This document shows positions 1 through 9,377 of a DNA stretch of 62,081 nt, piece after piece. The notes beneath the pieces were generated by a model that made no database searches, was not told the DNA's origin, and saw only the letters and a program-made list of their open reading frames with translations. Position 1 is the stretch's first letter. Each line of letters opens with the position of its first letter. The translations under genes and the position numbers were made by a program. This DNA is from Planctomycetota bacterium (GTDB taxonomy: Bacteria > Planctomycetota > Phycisphaerae > SM23-33), in assembly GCA_012729725.1 (NCBI GenBank), contig JAAYCO010000207.1, positions 1-62,081 on the forward strand. Direction: 5' to 3'.

Positions 1-944
1 CGGCGGCGGTTGCCGTTGGATATCCGCCATTTGTCGCGATAGGCGCGCGGGCTAAGGCCGATGACGTCGCGGAAGGTGCGGTTGAAGTGCGACAGGTCGG
101 CAAAGCCGCTTTGCATGGCGACGGAAAGCACCTTGTCCGGCGTCGAACGCAGCAGCAGCATGGCCCGCTCAACACGTCGCTGCTTGAGATACCCAAAAAC
201 GCTTCTGCCGGTGTAGGCTTTGAAGGACCGGCACAGATGTGCGGGGTTGCATCCGGCCCAGGCAGCAAGGCCGCCCAGGGTAAGCGGCTCGGAGAACTTC
301 GAGTCGAGGTATCGCCGCACGCGTTCCATGCCGGCCGAAGCGAGACCAGGCGAGGATAGCCCTTCGTCGGCGTCTTGGGGATGAGCAAGCACGTACTGCC
401 GGCAGCATTCCATGAGGAAGAGCGTCATATAGTTCTGGATTGCCTGGCAGTACCCCGGCGGCTGAGTCATCAACTCGCGCTCCAGACACCGCAGAAGCGT
501 CACGGGCGTTTGCACATCCGCGAGCATGAAAGATACGACGCGGTTCTGTCGATTGCGGAACTCCGGATGCAGCGGGACGACTATCGGCAGAACCCAACTT
601 AGGTCCGGGGTCAGCAGAGGCAACGGGAACACGCCGGGATCAAGGTATACGTTAACGATCTCCAGGCCGTCGCCTTTGCCGATCACCGCGTGCGCCTGGT
701 CATAGTGAATCACCGACAACCAGCCCCTCTCGATGTCATACCAGTTGTCCTCGATCCTCTGGCGTCCCCGGCCGGAGACGATGATGTTCATCTCCACAAA
801 ATCGTGTTCGTGCATTCGGCCGGCTGTCCGGTAGCACGACCAATGCTCTACGCCGACGCCCAGTTTGCGCAGCGCCCCAAAGACCTTCCGGCCCTGACGG
901 TCCTTGTGAATCACATGTGGTTTTCTGACGCCAGTAACTCGCAT
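1..944 (-). CDS. AraC-family transcriptional regulator (cupin + HTH), 3' end runs off window
   Basis: Own translation, not in ORF track: N-terminal HEHDFVEMNII cupin motif; C-terminal LTLGGLAAWAGCNPAHLCRSFK...VAMQSGFADLSHFNRTFRDVIGLSPRAYR double HTH. Confidence 0.9.
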   Translation of the reverse strand, partial: MRVTGVRKPHVIHKDRQGRKVFGALRKLGVGVEHWSCYRTAGRMHEHDFVEMNIIVSGRGRQRIEDNWYDIERGWLSVIHYDQAHAVIGKGDGLEIVNVYLDPGVFPLPLLTPDLSWVLPIVVPLHPEFRNRQNRVVSFMLADVQTPVTLLRCLERELMTQPPGYCQAIQNYMTLFLMECCRQYVLAHPQDADEGLSSPGLASAGMERVRRYLDSKFSEPLTLGGLAAWAGCNPAHLCRSFKAYTGRSVFGYLKQRRVERAMLLLRSTPDKVLSVAMQSGFADLSHFNRTFRDVIGLSPRAYRDKWRISNGNRR

Positions 945-1048
945 GTCAATAAGCCCCATCAAAAGCGCAAATATGCGCAAAGTTTCGCGGCACAGCCTGG
1001 ACTATTATAACAGAAATGTCCCTGGCACGTATATCCAGAAAGAACAAT

Positions 1049-2074
1049 ATGAAAGACGGCATGACGCATTGGGAGCGGTTTCGGGCGGTTATGGCGGGCC
1101 GGCCGGCGGACCGCCTTCCACGGGTGGAATGGGCTCAGTGGTGGAATGAAACGATCGACCGTTGGCGCCAGGAGGGGCTGCCCGTGAAGGATAACGATCT
1201 CTGGGCGTTGTCGAAGTACTGGGGCCTGGACTACTACCACAAGCTTCGGCTGTGCCCTTTGCAAGGTGGGCCTCAGCCGGCTCATCATGGCGCGGGCGTG
1301 CTTGAGGATATCGACGGTTACACTGCCCATTTGCAGTATCTTTATGCTGATGCTGCCGAAGACGACCTGGCGGACTGGGCAACCTGGCAGCGGCGGCAGG
1401 ACCAGAACGAGGCGCTGGTCTGGTGTGAAATCGACGGTTTCTTCTGGTTTCCGCGCACGTTGCTGGGCATCGAGAATCACCTGTATGCTTTCTATGATCA
1501 GCCCGACCTGATTCACCGCATCAACCGCGACGCAACCAATTACTACCTTCGCGCGCTGGAGCGGATGGCTGATGTGGCCAGGCCCGCCTATGTGCATGTT
1601 CTGGAGGACATGAGCTACAACAATGGTCCGATGCTCAGCCGGGAGTTGTTTGACCAGTTTCTGGCCCCCTACTACCGCCGGCTGATACCGGCCATCAAGG
1701 ACATGCTTGGCAGCCTGGTGTTTGTCGACAGCGACGGCAGGGTTGAGGAAGTGGTTCCCTGGTTGCGGGACGTGGGCGTCGACGGCGTTCTGCCGCTCGA
1801 ACGGCACGCGGGCGTTGACGGCATGAGCATGCGCCGGGCGCACCCGGAACTTGGCATGATCGGCCATTTCGACAAGATGACCATGCCGCTGGGCGAGAAT
1901 GCGATGCGCGGCGAGTTCGAGCGGCTGCGACCACTCATCCGCTCGGGCAGGTTCATTCCGTCGGTCGATCATCAGACTCCTCCTGGGGTTTCTATGGCTG
2001 ACTATCGCGTTTACCGCCGGCTGCTGGATGAATACACCGGCGCATCCTTTGCGTCGCCCGTCGGCGCGGTTTGA
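1049..2074 (+). CDS. Uroporphyrinogen decarboxylase (URO-D/MtaA-like) family protein
   Basis: MT.WERFRAVM start, EDMSYNNGPMLS, VDSDG, GRFIPSVDHQTPP motifs; start could be 1049 or 1061. Confidence 0.8.
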   Translation: MKDGMTHWERFRAVMAGRPADRLPRVEWAQWWNETIDRWRQEGLPVKDNDLWALSKYWGLDYYHKLRLCPLQGGPQPAHHGAGVLEDIDGYTAHLQYLYADAAEDDLADWATWQRRQDQNEALVWCEIDGFFWFPRTLLGIENHLYAFYDQPDLIHRINRDATNYYLRALERMADVARPAYVHVLEDMSYNNGPMLSRELFDQFLAPYYRRLIPAIKDMLGSLVFVDSDGRVEEVVPWLRDVGVDGVLPLERHAGVDGMSMRRAHPELGMIGHFDKMTMPLGENAMRGEFERLRPLIRSGRFIPSVDHQTPPGVSMADYRVYRRLLDEYTGASFASPVGAV

Positions 2075-2106
2075 CGTTGTTAGCGTGCAACAGGACGGAG
2101 CAAGGA

Positions 2107-2144
2107 TGCAAAAGCCCGGCTGTGGGGACAGTCGGGCTTCTGCA
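2107..2144. terminator. Stem-loop between convergent URO-D genes, probable bidirectional terminator
   Basis: AAGCCCGGCTGT-GGGG-ACAGTCGGGCTT inverted repeat. Confidence 0.7.
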
Positions 2145-2168
2145 CTGCGTTGAAGTTTTGTCTGTTTG

Positions 2169-3256
2169 TCAGTAAGTGCCGATTTCGAGGCCGCGGTCCA
2201 CGAAGTGCTTGTAGGTTTCGTACTTCACTTCGCTGGGGATGCTGTGATCGCTGTGAAGGCAGTAGCCTCCCCTGCCATGGCGGCTGGGAGTTTGGATTCC
2301 AGCTCGGCGTCGATGCCCTTGATGTCGTTGGCGACGAGCGGCCGGACGTCCATGCCGCCCATGAAGGCGATCTTGTCGCCGTAGGTCTTCTTCATATGGA
2401 CAAGGTCCATGCCCGCCTTCACTTCCAGGGCCTGAAGGCAGTCCATGCCCGCCTCGATCAGGCCCGGGACGAGAGGTTCGATGAAGCCGCACGAATGCAC
2501 GATCACCTTGAGGCCCTTCGAATGGCAGTAGTCGAATGTTCTCTTGTGGGCCGGCCAGACGATGTCCTTGTACATCGCCGGCGACATGAAGGGCTTGTTC
2601 TTGAACCCCATGTCTTCATAGAACCACGCGCCGTCCGGCAGGCCCTCGGCTGCGAAAAGCTCTTCCATCAGATTGATGGTCAATTCCGAGTACACGTCGC
2701 ACATGTCCTTGACCCACTGGGGCTCAAGGGCCATGCCAACCAGCATGTTCTCGTGGCCGCACAGAGGATGCATGCATTCAAATACGTTTACCATGCCCAG
2801 AGTGAAGAACCTGTTGCTCCTGACGCAGTCCCGCCGATTCGCCCGGTAGTTTTCGACGTTAATCCTTCTGCCGTACTTGCTTGAATCACGCAGCAGTTCC
2901 CTTGCCCTGCCCCATGTTGACTCGTCTTTCACGCCGAAATCCACGTGTTCCGGCGTGCCCATCTTGCTTTTCCACCACCGCAGCAGCGCGCCGTTTCCGT
3001 TGCGCACCAGCTTGGTGTTTTCATCCTCCTGTACCACCTCATCCACGAAGTCCAGATCGGCAACAACGTTGAAGGGCATGCAGGATTGAAGATCGAGATT
3101 GAAGTGGTCGTTAGGCAGTTCATCGCTCTTGAGGTGTCCCTGCTCGATCCAAGCAACCTTGGTCTCGGTCCAAAACGCCTCGTACACGGCGATCCTGTCA
3201 ACCGGCTTGCGGTCGAGGATCCTGGCCATTCGCTCTTTGCCAGTCAAAGCAGCCAT
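2169..3256 (-). CDS. URO-D family protein with a frameshift near the C-terminus (pseudogene or sequencing error)
   Basis: EDMGFKNKPFMSP and HSCG motifs; conserved tail GGYCLHSDHSIP...Y lies in another frame, junction at the C-run 2269-2272; GGAGAG RBS before ATG 3256. Confidence 0.8.
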
Positions 3257-3348
3257 CGTTCTCTCCATAAAAGTTGATCCCATGGCACGCTCACCCTGGC
3301 GTGTACATGGGATCAAGAAAAAGCAATAATTGATGCTAAGTCCGCGGT

Positions 3349-4575
3349 TTAGACCTTGCAAGCCTTTCTAAGTTTGGCGGCCATGTCGGTCTTTTCCCAC
3401 GCGAACGTATCCAGCTCCCTGCCGAAATGCCCGTCGTGGGCGGTTTGCTGGTAGATCGGCCTGAGCAGCTTGAGATGGTCGATAATCTCCCGCGGCTTGA
3501 GCGGGAATACATCTCGGACGGCCTTCACCAGCGTTTCGGTTTCCACGTTTTCAGCCAGTCCGTCGCAGTTGATAAGCACGCTGACGGGCTCGGCGACGCC
3601 GATTGCGTAGGACAACTGCACTTCCACCACTGTGGCGAGTTTGGCGGCAACGATGTTCTTGGCTATGTAGCGGGCCATGTAAGTGGCTGAACGGTCAACC
3701 TTGGACGGATCCTTGCCGCTGAACGCCCCGCCGCCGTGCCTGCCTCGACCGCCGTAGGAATCGACGATGATCTTGCGTCCCGTCAGGCCGCTGTCGCCGT
3801 GCGGGCCGCCAATGAGGAACCTGCCGGTGGGATTGATGTAGAACTTGATCTTCTTTTCGTCCCACATGCCCGGGCACTCGTCCATCACTACCGGCTTGAT
3901 GATCTTTCGGACAAGTTCCTGCTTGGCCGCATCCGACATGTTGTCGGTCTTGGGATCAACGGCCTTCTCGGTGTGCTGCGTCGAGAGCACGATCGTGTCG
4001 ATCCGCTGCGGGTGGTTGTTGATGTATTCAACGGTGACCTGGCTCTTGCCGTCGGGCCTGAGCCACTTGACGAGCCCTTCCTCACGGGCTTTGCTCAGAC
4101 GCGCGGTGAGCCGATGGGCGATTTGAATCGGCAGCGGCATCATCTCTTTGGTTTCGTTGCAGGCAAAGCCGAACATGATGCCCTGATCGCCCGCGCCCTG
4201 CTCTTTGTTGGCGGCGGCCGTCACTCCCTGCGAGATGTCCTGCGACTGGCCGTGCAGCGTCTTGAGCACCGCGCATGAACGGTAGTCAAAGCCGGTTGCC
4301 GGATCGTCATAACCGATCGACTTGATCACTTCTCTGGCGGTGTCTTCCGCCCGAAGCAGCGCCGCCTCGGCCTTCTGATTGTGGACCGTCACTTCGCCGG
4401 CAAGAACAACCAGGCCTGTCGTCACCAGCGTTTCGCAAGCGACGCGGGCATGCGGATCATGTTTGAGCAGACTATCCAGAATGCCGTCGGATATCTGGTC
4501 GGCTACTTTGTCAGGATGACCCTTCGTCACCGATTCGCTGGTGAAAAGATGTCTTTGCGGCCCGCACTGCTTCAT
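3349..4575 (-). CDS. metK: S-adenosylmethionine synthetase
   Basis: [35 protein letters not shown]. Confidence 0.98.
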   Translation of the reverse strand: MKQCGPQRHLFTSESVTKGHPDKVADQISDGILDSLLKHDPHARVACETLVTTGLVVLAGEVTVHNQKAEAALLRAEDTAREVIKSIGYDDPATGFDYRSCAVLKTLHGQSQDISQGVTAAANKEQGAGDQGIMFGFACNETKEMMPLPIQIAHRLTARLSKAREEGLVKWLRPDGKSQVTVEYINNHPQRIDTIVLSTQHTEKAVDPKTDNMSDAAKQELVRKIIKPVVMDECPGMWDEKKIKFYINPTGRFLIGGPHGDSGLTGRKIIVDSYGGRGRHGGGAFSGKDPSKVDRSATYMARYIAKNIVAAKLATVVEVQLSYAIGVAEPVSVLINCDGLAENVETETLVKAVRDVFPLKPREIIDHLKLLRPIYQQTAHDGHFGRELDTFAWEKTDMAAKLRKACKV

Positions 4576-4614
4576 TTCCAGTCCTTTCTCTCGTGCCTCA
4601 CTGGCAAGTGGGGT

Positions 4615-4643
4615 AGTCTATCCGGCCTGTGCCTCCAAAGCAA
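4615..4643 (-). promoter_or_regulatory. Putative sigma70 promoter of metK
   Basis: TTGCTT-17 nt-TAGACT on minus strand, ~40 nt upstream of ATG. Confidence 0.45.
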
Positions 4644-4692
4644 TACGCGCAAGCCCGCTGCCGGACGGGCATTAGCCGTCATGATTGAGATT

Positions 4693-5835
4693 CTATGCAA
4701 GAGTGACGGTTTTGACGCCATATTCTTCCAATTTCGATTCCAGCACGCGTCGGCCCCAACCATCGGGATCGGCCTTCCCAATCCTGCCGCCGTACCCGAA
4801 ACGCGGCGAGTTTCTGACCAGATCGTCGGCCAGAAGCCAACGACCGTAATTGCCTTCGACAAAGGCCGGTTGCGGGATCATCCTCAGCAACTGCCGCTGG
4901 GCAAGCGACAGAATGCCCGTCTCGCCAACCATGCAGCCGAGGATAAACCTCATGCTTCGATCACCGCAGAACCGGGCCAGTTTTTGGGCCGCCACAAGCC
5001 CGCCGTTCTTGCTGATGCGTATGTTGAACACAATCCTGTCGGGCGCCGCCGCGAGTGCGGCTGCGTCATTGTCGCCAAGCAAAGACTCATCCGCGATAAG
5101 CGGCAGGACGCATTTCCGGGCAAGGTCGGCCAGTTCGCCGGCGGCGCAAAACACCGGCTGCTCTACCAGAGATACGCCCATGGCCGCGAGCTGGTCAACG
5201 CGTTGTGGCGTTGAATCGGCATCCCATCCGCCGTTTACATCAACTCGCAGGGTGCACGCCCCGCGCTTGATCGCCTTGGCCAGATGCTTGTTCGCCAGGC
5301 GAAGATTCTCGCGGTCAACATCTTCGCCAAGGCCCAGCTTCAGTTTGAAGTGCCTCAGACCGAACAGCCGCATTAATCTCAGCCGGCGCAACGTCTTCGC
5401 GGGGTTGGCCGAGCCAAGTACCCCCGTGCATCGCGCCGCGGGGGTTCTGTCGCTTCCGGCGTCGAGCAGACTTCTGCCGGCGGCGTCCAGAACAGCCAGT
5501 TCAACGGCGCACCTGGCGGCGTTCATGCATCTGCCGGTTTCGTCATGGAAAGGCAGCAAACCGAGAACATCCGGCGAGTCGATTCGCGCCGAGACCAGCG
5601 CCGGCCAGTAAACGCCGGAAATGTCTCGCTGCACCGTCTCAAGCGTCTCGCCGGTTACGTACTTGCGAGGCAGAGTCTCGCCGTAGCCAACTCTGCCGTC
5701 ATCCAGTTGCAGCCGCACCACGAGAGCCTCGGCGACGTCCCGCGAGGCGGCTGCGTGCTCGAACGAGCGCATCGGTATTCGCGTGAGATAGACGTCCAAC
5801 TGGACAGGCTTGGCATTCACTCTGGCGTTCTCCAT
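4693..5835 (-). CDS. Enolase superfamily (muconate lactonizing / dipeptide epimerase-like) protein
   Basis: GYGE, FKLKLG (KxK), RVDVNGGW, VEQP, ADESL, SKNGG, GCMVGE motifs. Confidence 0.8.
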   Translation of the reverse strand: MENARVNAKPVQLDVYLTRIPMRSFEHAAASRDVAEALVVRLQLDDGRVGYGETLPRKYVTGETLETVQRDISGVYWPALVSARIDSPDVLGLLPFHDETGRCMNAARCAVELAVLDAAGRSLLDAGSDRTPAARCTGVLGSANPAKTLRRLRLMRLFGLRHFKLKLGLGEDVDRENLRLANKHLAKAIKRGACTLRVDVNGGWDADSTPQRVDQLAAMGVSLVEQPVFCAAGELADLARKCVLPLIADESLLGDNDAAALAAAPDRIVFNIRISKNGGLVAAQKLARFCGDRSMRFILGCMVGETGILSLAQRQLLRMIPQPAFVEGNYGRWLLADDLVRNSPRFGYGGRIGKADPDGWGRRVLESKLEEYGVKTVTLA

Positions 5836-5861
5836 GAACTGCCGCCGGGGCGATTATCCGC

Positions 5862-5890
5862 TTGACGATTTTGAAGCGGATCAATAACAT
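5862..5890 (+). promoter_or_regulatory. Putative sigma70 promoter of tRNA-Glu
   Basis: TTGACG-17 nt-TAACAT. Confidence 0.5.
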
Positions 5891-5932
5891 ACCGATTCGC
5901 CCGTGGTTGAGCGGGCGTATAACTGTTTAGAC

Positions 5933-6005
5933 GCCCCCATCGTCTAGCGGCCTAGGATATCAGGTTCTCATCCTGGAGACCGGGGTTCGATTCCCCGTGG
6001 GGGTA
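5933..6005 (+). tRNA. tRNA-Glu (CTC), CCA not encoded
   Basis: Acceptor GCCCCCA/TGGGGGT, D-arm GTCTAGCGGCCTAGGAT, anticodon TCAGG-TTCTCAT-CCTGG, T-arm CGGGG-TTCGATT-CCCCG. Confidence 0.95.
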
Positions 6006-6008
6006 CTG

Positions 6009-6044
6009 AAGCGGGCCGGCGACTGACGCTGGCCCGCTTTTTTT
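6009..6044 (+). terminator. Rho-independent terminator after tRNA-Glu (may also serve the convergent esterase gene)
   Basis: AAGCGGGCCGGCG-actga-CGCTGGCCCGC followed by T7. Confidence 0.85.
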
Positions 6045-6056
6045 ACTCCCAAGCCT

Positions 6057-7016
6057 TCACAGGCCCATCATAAACTGGAACACTCTGTCGTCCGCACCCG
6101 GCAGGCCCTCGTGGCCGAAGTCGTGGTAAATCACCATGCTCTTCCTGGCGGTAATCCTGTTGTAGGCTGCAAACTGAGTGCTTGGCGGGCAGATCGCGTC
6201 CATCAGGCCGGTGAACATCAACACTTCCGCGCTGATCCTCGGGGCCAGGTACTGAATGTCGATGTACCCAAGTTTCCTGAAGGTTTCTTCTTCGTTGGCG
6301 TGCGTGGGATCGAAGTTTCTGAAATACTGCTTGAGTTCTTCGTAAGCAAGATCTGCGCGGTCCATTTCCCAGACGCGCCTGTAGTCGCTCAAAAACGGGT
6401 ACATCGGGGCAGCCTTCTTGATTCTCGGCTCAAGAGCCGCGCATGCCAGGGTCAACCCGCCGCCCTGGCTGCCGCCAGTCGCGCCCACCCGGGCCGGATC
6501 AACGCCGTCCATCTGCATCACAAGCCGGGCCAGTTGGGCGGTATCCAGAAAGACATGCCGAAACAACATGTTCTTCGCCGGCCCGTTGAGCCCGCGAACG
6601 ATGTGGCCTCGCAGCGTGGTTCCGACGACGCCTCCGACATCCTGGCTTCTGCCGCCCTGTCCTCGGCAGTCCATTGCAGCCACCGTGAATCCGGCCATAC
6701 CCCAGACGGAAAGGCCCGTCCATGAGCAGGATTGCCCGCCATACCCATGAAACAACACCAGGCCAGGTCCAGGCTTATCGCGTCGCATGGGGCGGGCCAG
6801 TTTCGCATAGATCCTGGCGCCGCCAACTCCGGTGAACTGCATGTGGAAATACTCCACGCCAGGGGCAGTAAATTCGGCAGGTGTGAGTTCCACCCGCGGA
6901 TCAACAGCGTCAAGTTCCTTGAGCGAATCGTCCCAGAATGAGTCGAAATCGTCGGGCCTGGGGTTTCGTCCCGTGTACTTGCGCAACTCCGCCAAAGGCA
7001 TGTCTATAAGCGGCAT
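6057..7016 (-). CDS. Acetylxylan esterase / cephalosporin-C deacetylase (CE7)
   Basis: MPLIDMPL..L..Y start, FHGY, RGQ, GGSQGG nucleophile, DAICPPSTQFAAYN, GHE. Confidence 0.92.
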   Translation of the reverse strand: MPLIDMPLAELRKYTGRNPRPDDFDSFWDDSLKELDAVDPRVELTPAEFTAPGVEYFHMQFTGVGGARIYAKLARPMRRDKPGPGLVLFHGYGGQSCSWTGLSVWGMAGFTVAAMDCRGQGGRSQDVGGVVGTTLRGHIVRGLNGPAKNMLFRHVFLDTAQLARLVMQMDGVDPARVGATGGSQGGGLTLACAALEPRIKKAAPMYPFLSDYRRVWEMDRADLAYEELKQYFRNFDPTHANEEETFRKLGYIDIQYLAPRISAEVLMFTGLMDAICPPSTQFAAYNRITARKSMVIYHDFGHEGLPGADDRVFQFMMGL

Positions 7017-7052
7017 ACTATTCCTTCACATAGATTGCTATTGTGGCGCCAA

Positions 7053-8069
7053 TCAGCCGACGAACTCGTTGCCGACCTTTCGGGCCCGCTGGGGCTTGTC
7101 CAGGTTGATGCCCAGGGCCAGGCCGATCTCGACCAGCACATTCCACCCAGCGCAAAGCTGCACGAACGCGCTCATCTCGCCGGCGTCGGGCGTCACGATC
7201 GTATCGAACATGGTCGGCCTATCGGCGATGGCGACGACCTTCAGGCCCACGCCGTCCACCAGCACCTTCTTGAACTTTTCCATCTCCTCGGGAATCGGAT
7301 CGACAACGAAGACGATGTCGTTCTTGTCCATGACTTCCTCTATGCCGTGCACCGCATAGGTTCCTTCGAGGAAGTCGGACTTCTTGCGAGTGATCTCGTT
7401 GGTCTTGAGCGTCAGTTCCTCTGCAACGCCGTCGTTGAGCCCGGCGAAGTAAATCGTGCCGGCATTGGCTGCCGCCTTGATGATTGCCGGATCGATGGGC
7501 ATCGAAAGCGCCTGCTGAAGCTTGGCGTCAAGCCCAGCCAGGTCTGCGCGGACGTTCCTGCCCGCCAGATGGCTGACGACCGACTGATAGAAAAGCGCCT
7601 GCTCAGCGACGCTCTTGGTCGCGGCGACGGCGTCTTCCCCGCCGCAGGTAAGCACGAAGGTTTCGTTGCATGTCTCGTGCAGCAGGGTGTTCTCGTTGGC
7701 CGTGAGGCCGAAACGCATCGAATGGCCCTGCGACTTGAGCTTCTTCATCAGCACGATCACTTCGCTTGTTCTGCCGGAATTGGACGACGCCATCACGGCC
7801 AGCCGCGACAGGTCGTACATCATTGCCTGCCTCGAGCCTTGGGTCTCGATCGGCTGCTTAAGCCCCCACTTGAGCGCCTTATGTATCGCGTTCTTGGCCG
7901 GGAAGATTCGGCTGGAGCCTTCGCCGGTGAGAAACAGCCCTGCCGCGCCTGAAATGCTCTTGGCGAGGGCGGCGGTTCTTGTCGGGTCGAATCTCTGCAC
8001 CGTCTGCACCGTCTGGAGCATTTCCCTGCTTAAGGCGTATTGCGTGTATTTGCTGTCCTTGGTGTTCAT
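7053..8069 (-). CDS. Double-SIS domain sugar-phosphate isomerase/deaminase (GlmS C-terminal/NagB-II-like)
   Basis: GEGSS, SNSGRT.E, AATKS, EELTLKTNEI, C-terminal LDKPQRARKV; no glutaminase domain. Confidence 0.8.
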   Translation of the reverse strand: MNTKDSKYTQYALSREMLQTVQTVQRFDPTRTAALAKSISGAAGLFLTGEGSSRIFPAKNAIHKALKWGLKQPIETQGSRQAMMYDLSRLAVMASSNSGRTSEVIVLMKKLKSQGHSMRFGLTANENTLLHETCNETFVLTCGGEDAVAATKSVAEQALFYQSVVSHLAGRNVRADLAGLDAKLQQALSMPIDPAIIKAAANAGTIYFAGLNDGVAEELTLKTNEITRKKSDFLEGTYAVHGIEEVMDKNDIVFVVDPIPEEMEKFKKVLVDGVGLKVVAIADRPTMFDTIVTPDAGEMSAFVQLCAGWNVLVEIGLALGINLDKPQRARKVGNEFVG

Positions 8070-8085
8070 TCTGAATTTCCTTTCG

Positions 8086-9312
8086 TTAGAGTTGCTGGCG
8101 AGCCCTGCATAGCGGCGCCGGCTGATATTTCAGTTGTGCGTACCGCGGCAGCTCGCCCAGAAGCGGACGCAGATAATCAATGAACGCTTGCGAGGGATAA
8201 TTGCCCGCCTCGTTGATGTATTCGTCAGGCATGGGCTTGGCTCGCACGGCGACATCCTTCAGCGGCGCCGTTGCGAATTTGCAGCGATACGGATTGTTCG
8301 ATTCGCGGACCATCGTAACCATCACGTTGGTCATTCCGTCGTCGGCAAGCTTCGCCGCCTGAAGCCCGCAGTTGTACGCTTCCTCAAGGTCCAGGGGCAA
8401 AGCTCTGTCTATCGCCGCCATTGGCAGCGACTCGGTTACCTGGAACTCGCCGCGCCAGCCGAATTCCTGACTGACCATGCGGTGAAGCTGGAAGGCGACG
8501 CTTGTGCCGCCCATCGCGCCGTATTCAGTGTTGGCGAACTTGTCTTTGGTTGTCGAGGCCGAAACCGGCATGCCGTCGGCATACTTGATGCCTTCGCCGC
8601 AGAAAATTGAAACATAACCATAGTTTTTATGCGCCGCCTGCACGTCGGCGAGAAACTTGTCGCGGTCGAACACCCGCTCGGGCATGTAAACCAAGTGCGG
8701 TGCATCGCACGCATCGCATTTGGCCGCTGCCGCCGCCGCGGTCAGCCAACCTGCATCTCTGCCTATGCTCTGGTATACAACGAACTGGTCAACCTTCTGC
8801 ATGTCCCTCGCCAGCCTGCCCGCCTGCTGAGCACTAAGGGCGACGAACCTGGCAGCGCTTGGAAAACCCGGCGTGTGATCGGTGCCGTACAGATCGTTAT
8901 CGACCGTCTTTGGCACGCCCACGCCGTGAAGTTCATAGCCTTGGCTGGCGGCATATTCGGTGACGCGGTGAATCGTGTCCATCGTGTCGTTGCCGCCGAT
9001 CATGAACATGGTGCGCACGTTGTGCTGCTTGAGCCTGGCCAGAATGTTCGGCAGGTCGTGGTCTTTGACCTTGTGCCGCGATGATCCAAGAGCCGACGAC
9101 GGCGTGCGCCGCAGGGCCTTGACCGTTTCGGCGGGCTCCGACGAGAGATCTATGATGTCGTCAGCCAGAAAACCCTCGATGCCCCAGTGCATGCCCAGCA
9201 GCCGATCGATGCTTTTCGCTTCAGCACAGCCGTCTATTACGCCTGCGAGGCTGGAGTTGATTACGCTTGTCGGGCCACCCGACTGACCTACAATGGCGCT
9301 TGCCTTCTTCAT
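8086..9312 (-). CDS. pfp: Pyrophosphate-dependent 6-phosphofructokinase
   Basis: GQSGGPTSVIN, GGNDT and PKTVDND (D and K at the positions typical of PPi-dependent enzymes); AAGGAG RBS before ATG 9312. Confidence 0.85.
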   Translation of the reverse strand: MKKASAIVGQSGGPTSVINSSLAGVIDGCAEAKSIDRLLGMHWGIEGFLADDIIDLSSEPAETVKALRRTPSSALGSSRHKVKDHDLPNILARLKQHNVRTMFMIGGNDTMDTIHRVTEYAASQGYELHGVGVPKTVDNDLYGTDHTPGFPSAARFVALSAQQAGRLARDMQKVDQFVVYQSIGRDAGWLTAAAAAAKCDACDAPHLVYMPERVFDRDKFLADVQAAHKNYGYVSIFCGEGIKYADGMPVSASTTKDKFANTEYGAMGGTSVAFQLHRMVSQEFGWRGEFQVTESLPMAAIDRALPLDLEEAYNCGLQAAKLADDGMTNVMVTMVRESNNPYRCKFATAPLKDVAVRAKPMPDEYINEAGNYPSQAFIDYLRPLLGELPRYAQLKYQPAPLCRARQQL

Positions 9313-9342
9313 GAGCAGATTACTCCTTGATTGCAGCCTGCA

Positions 9343-9371
9343 TTGACCTTCCTGAACTCTTCTTTTACCAT
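9343..9371 (+). promoter_or_regulatory. Putative sigma70 promoter, likely leaderless transcript
   Basis: TTGACC-17 nt-TACCAT ending 6 nt before ATG 9378. Confidence 0.55.
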
Positions 9372-9377
9372 CCCTTG

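Noticed and set aside
4576-4692. SAM riboswitch upstream of metK
   Set aside because: The spacer is only 117 bp, the predicted promoter leaves a ~35-nt leader, and no SAM riboswitch consensus is visible.
5933-6056. tRNA-Glu as an integration site for an island
   Set aside because: No integrase, no duplicated tRNA 3' end seen in the window, and the flanking genes look native.
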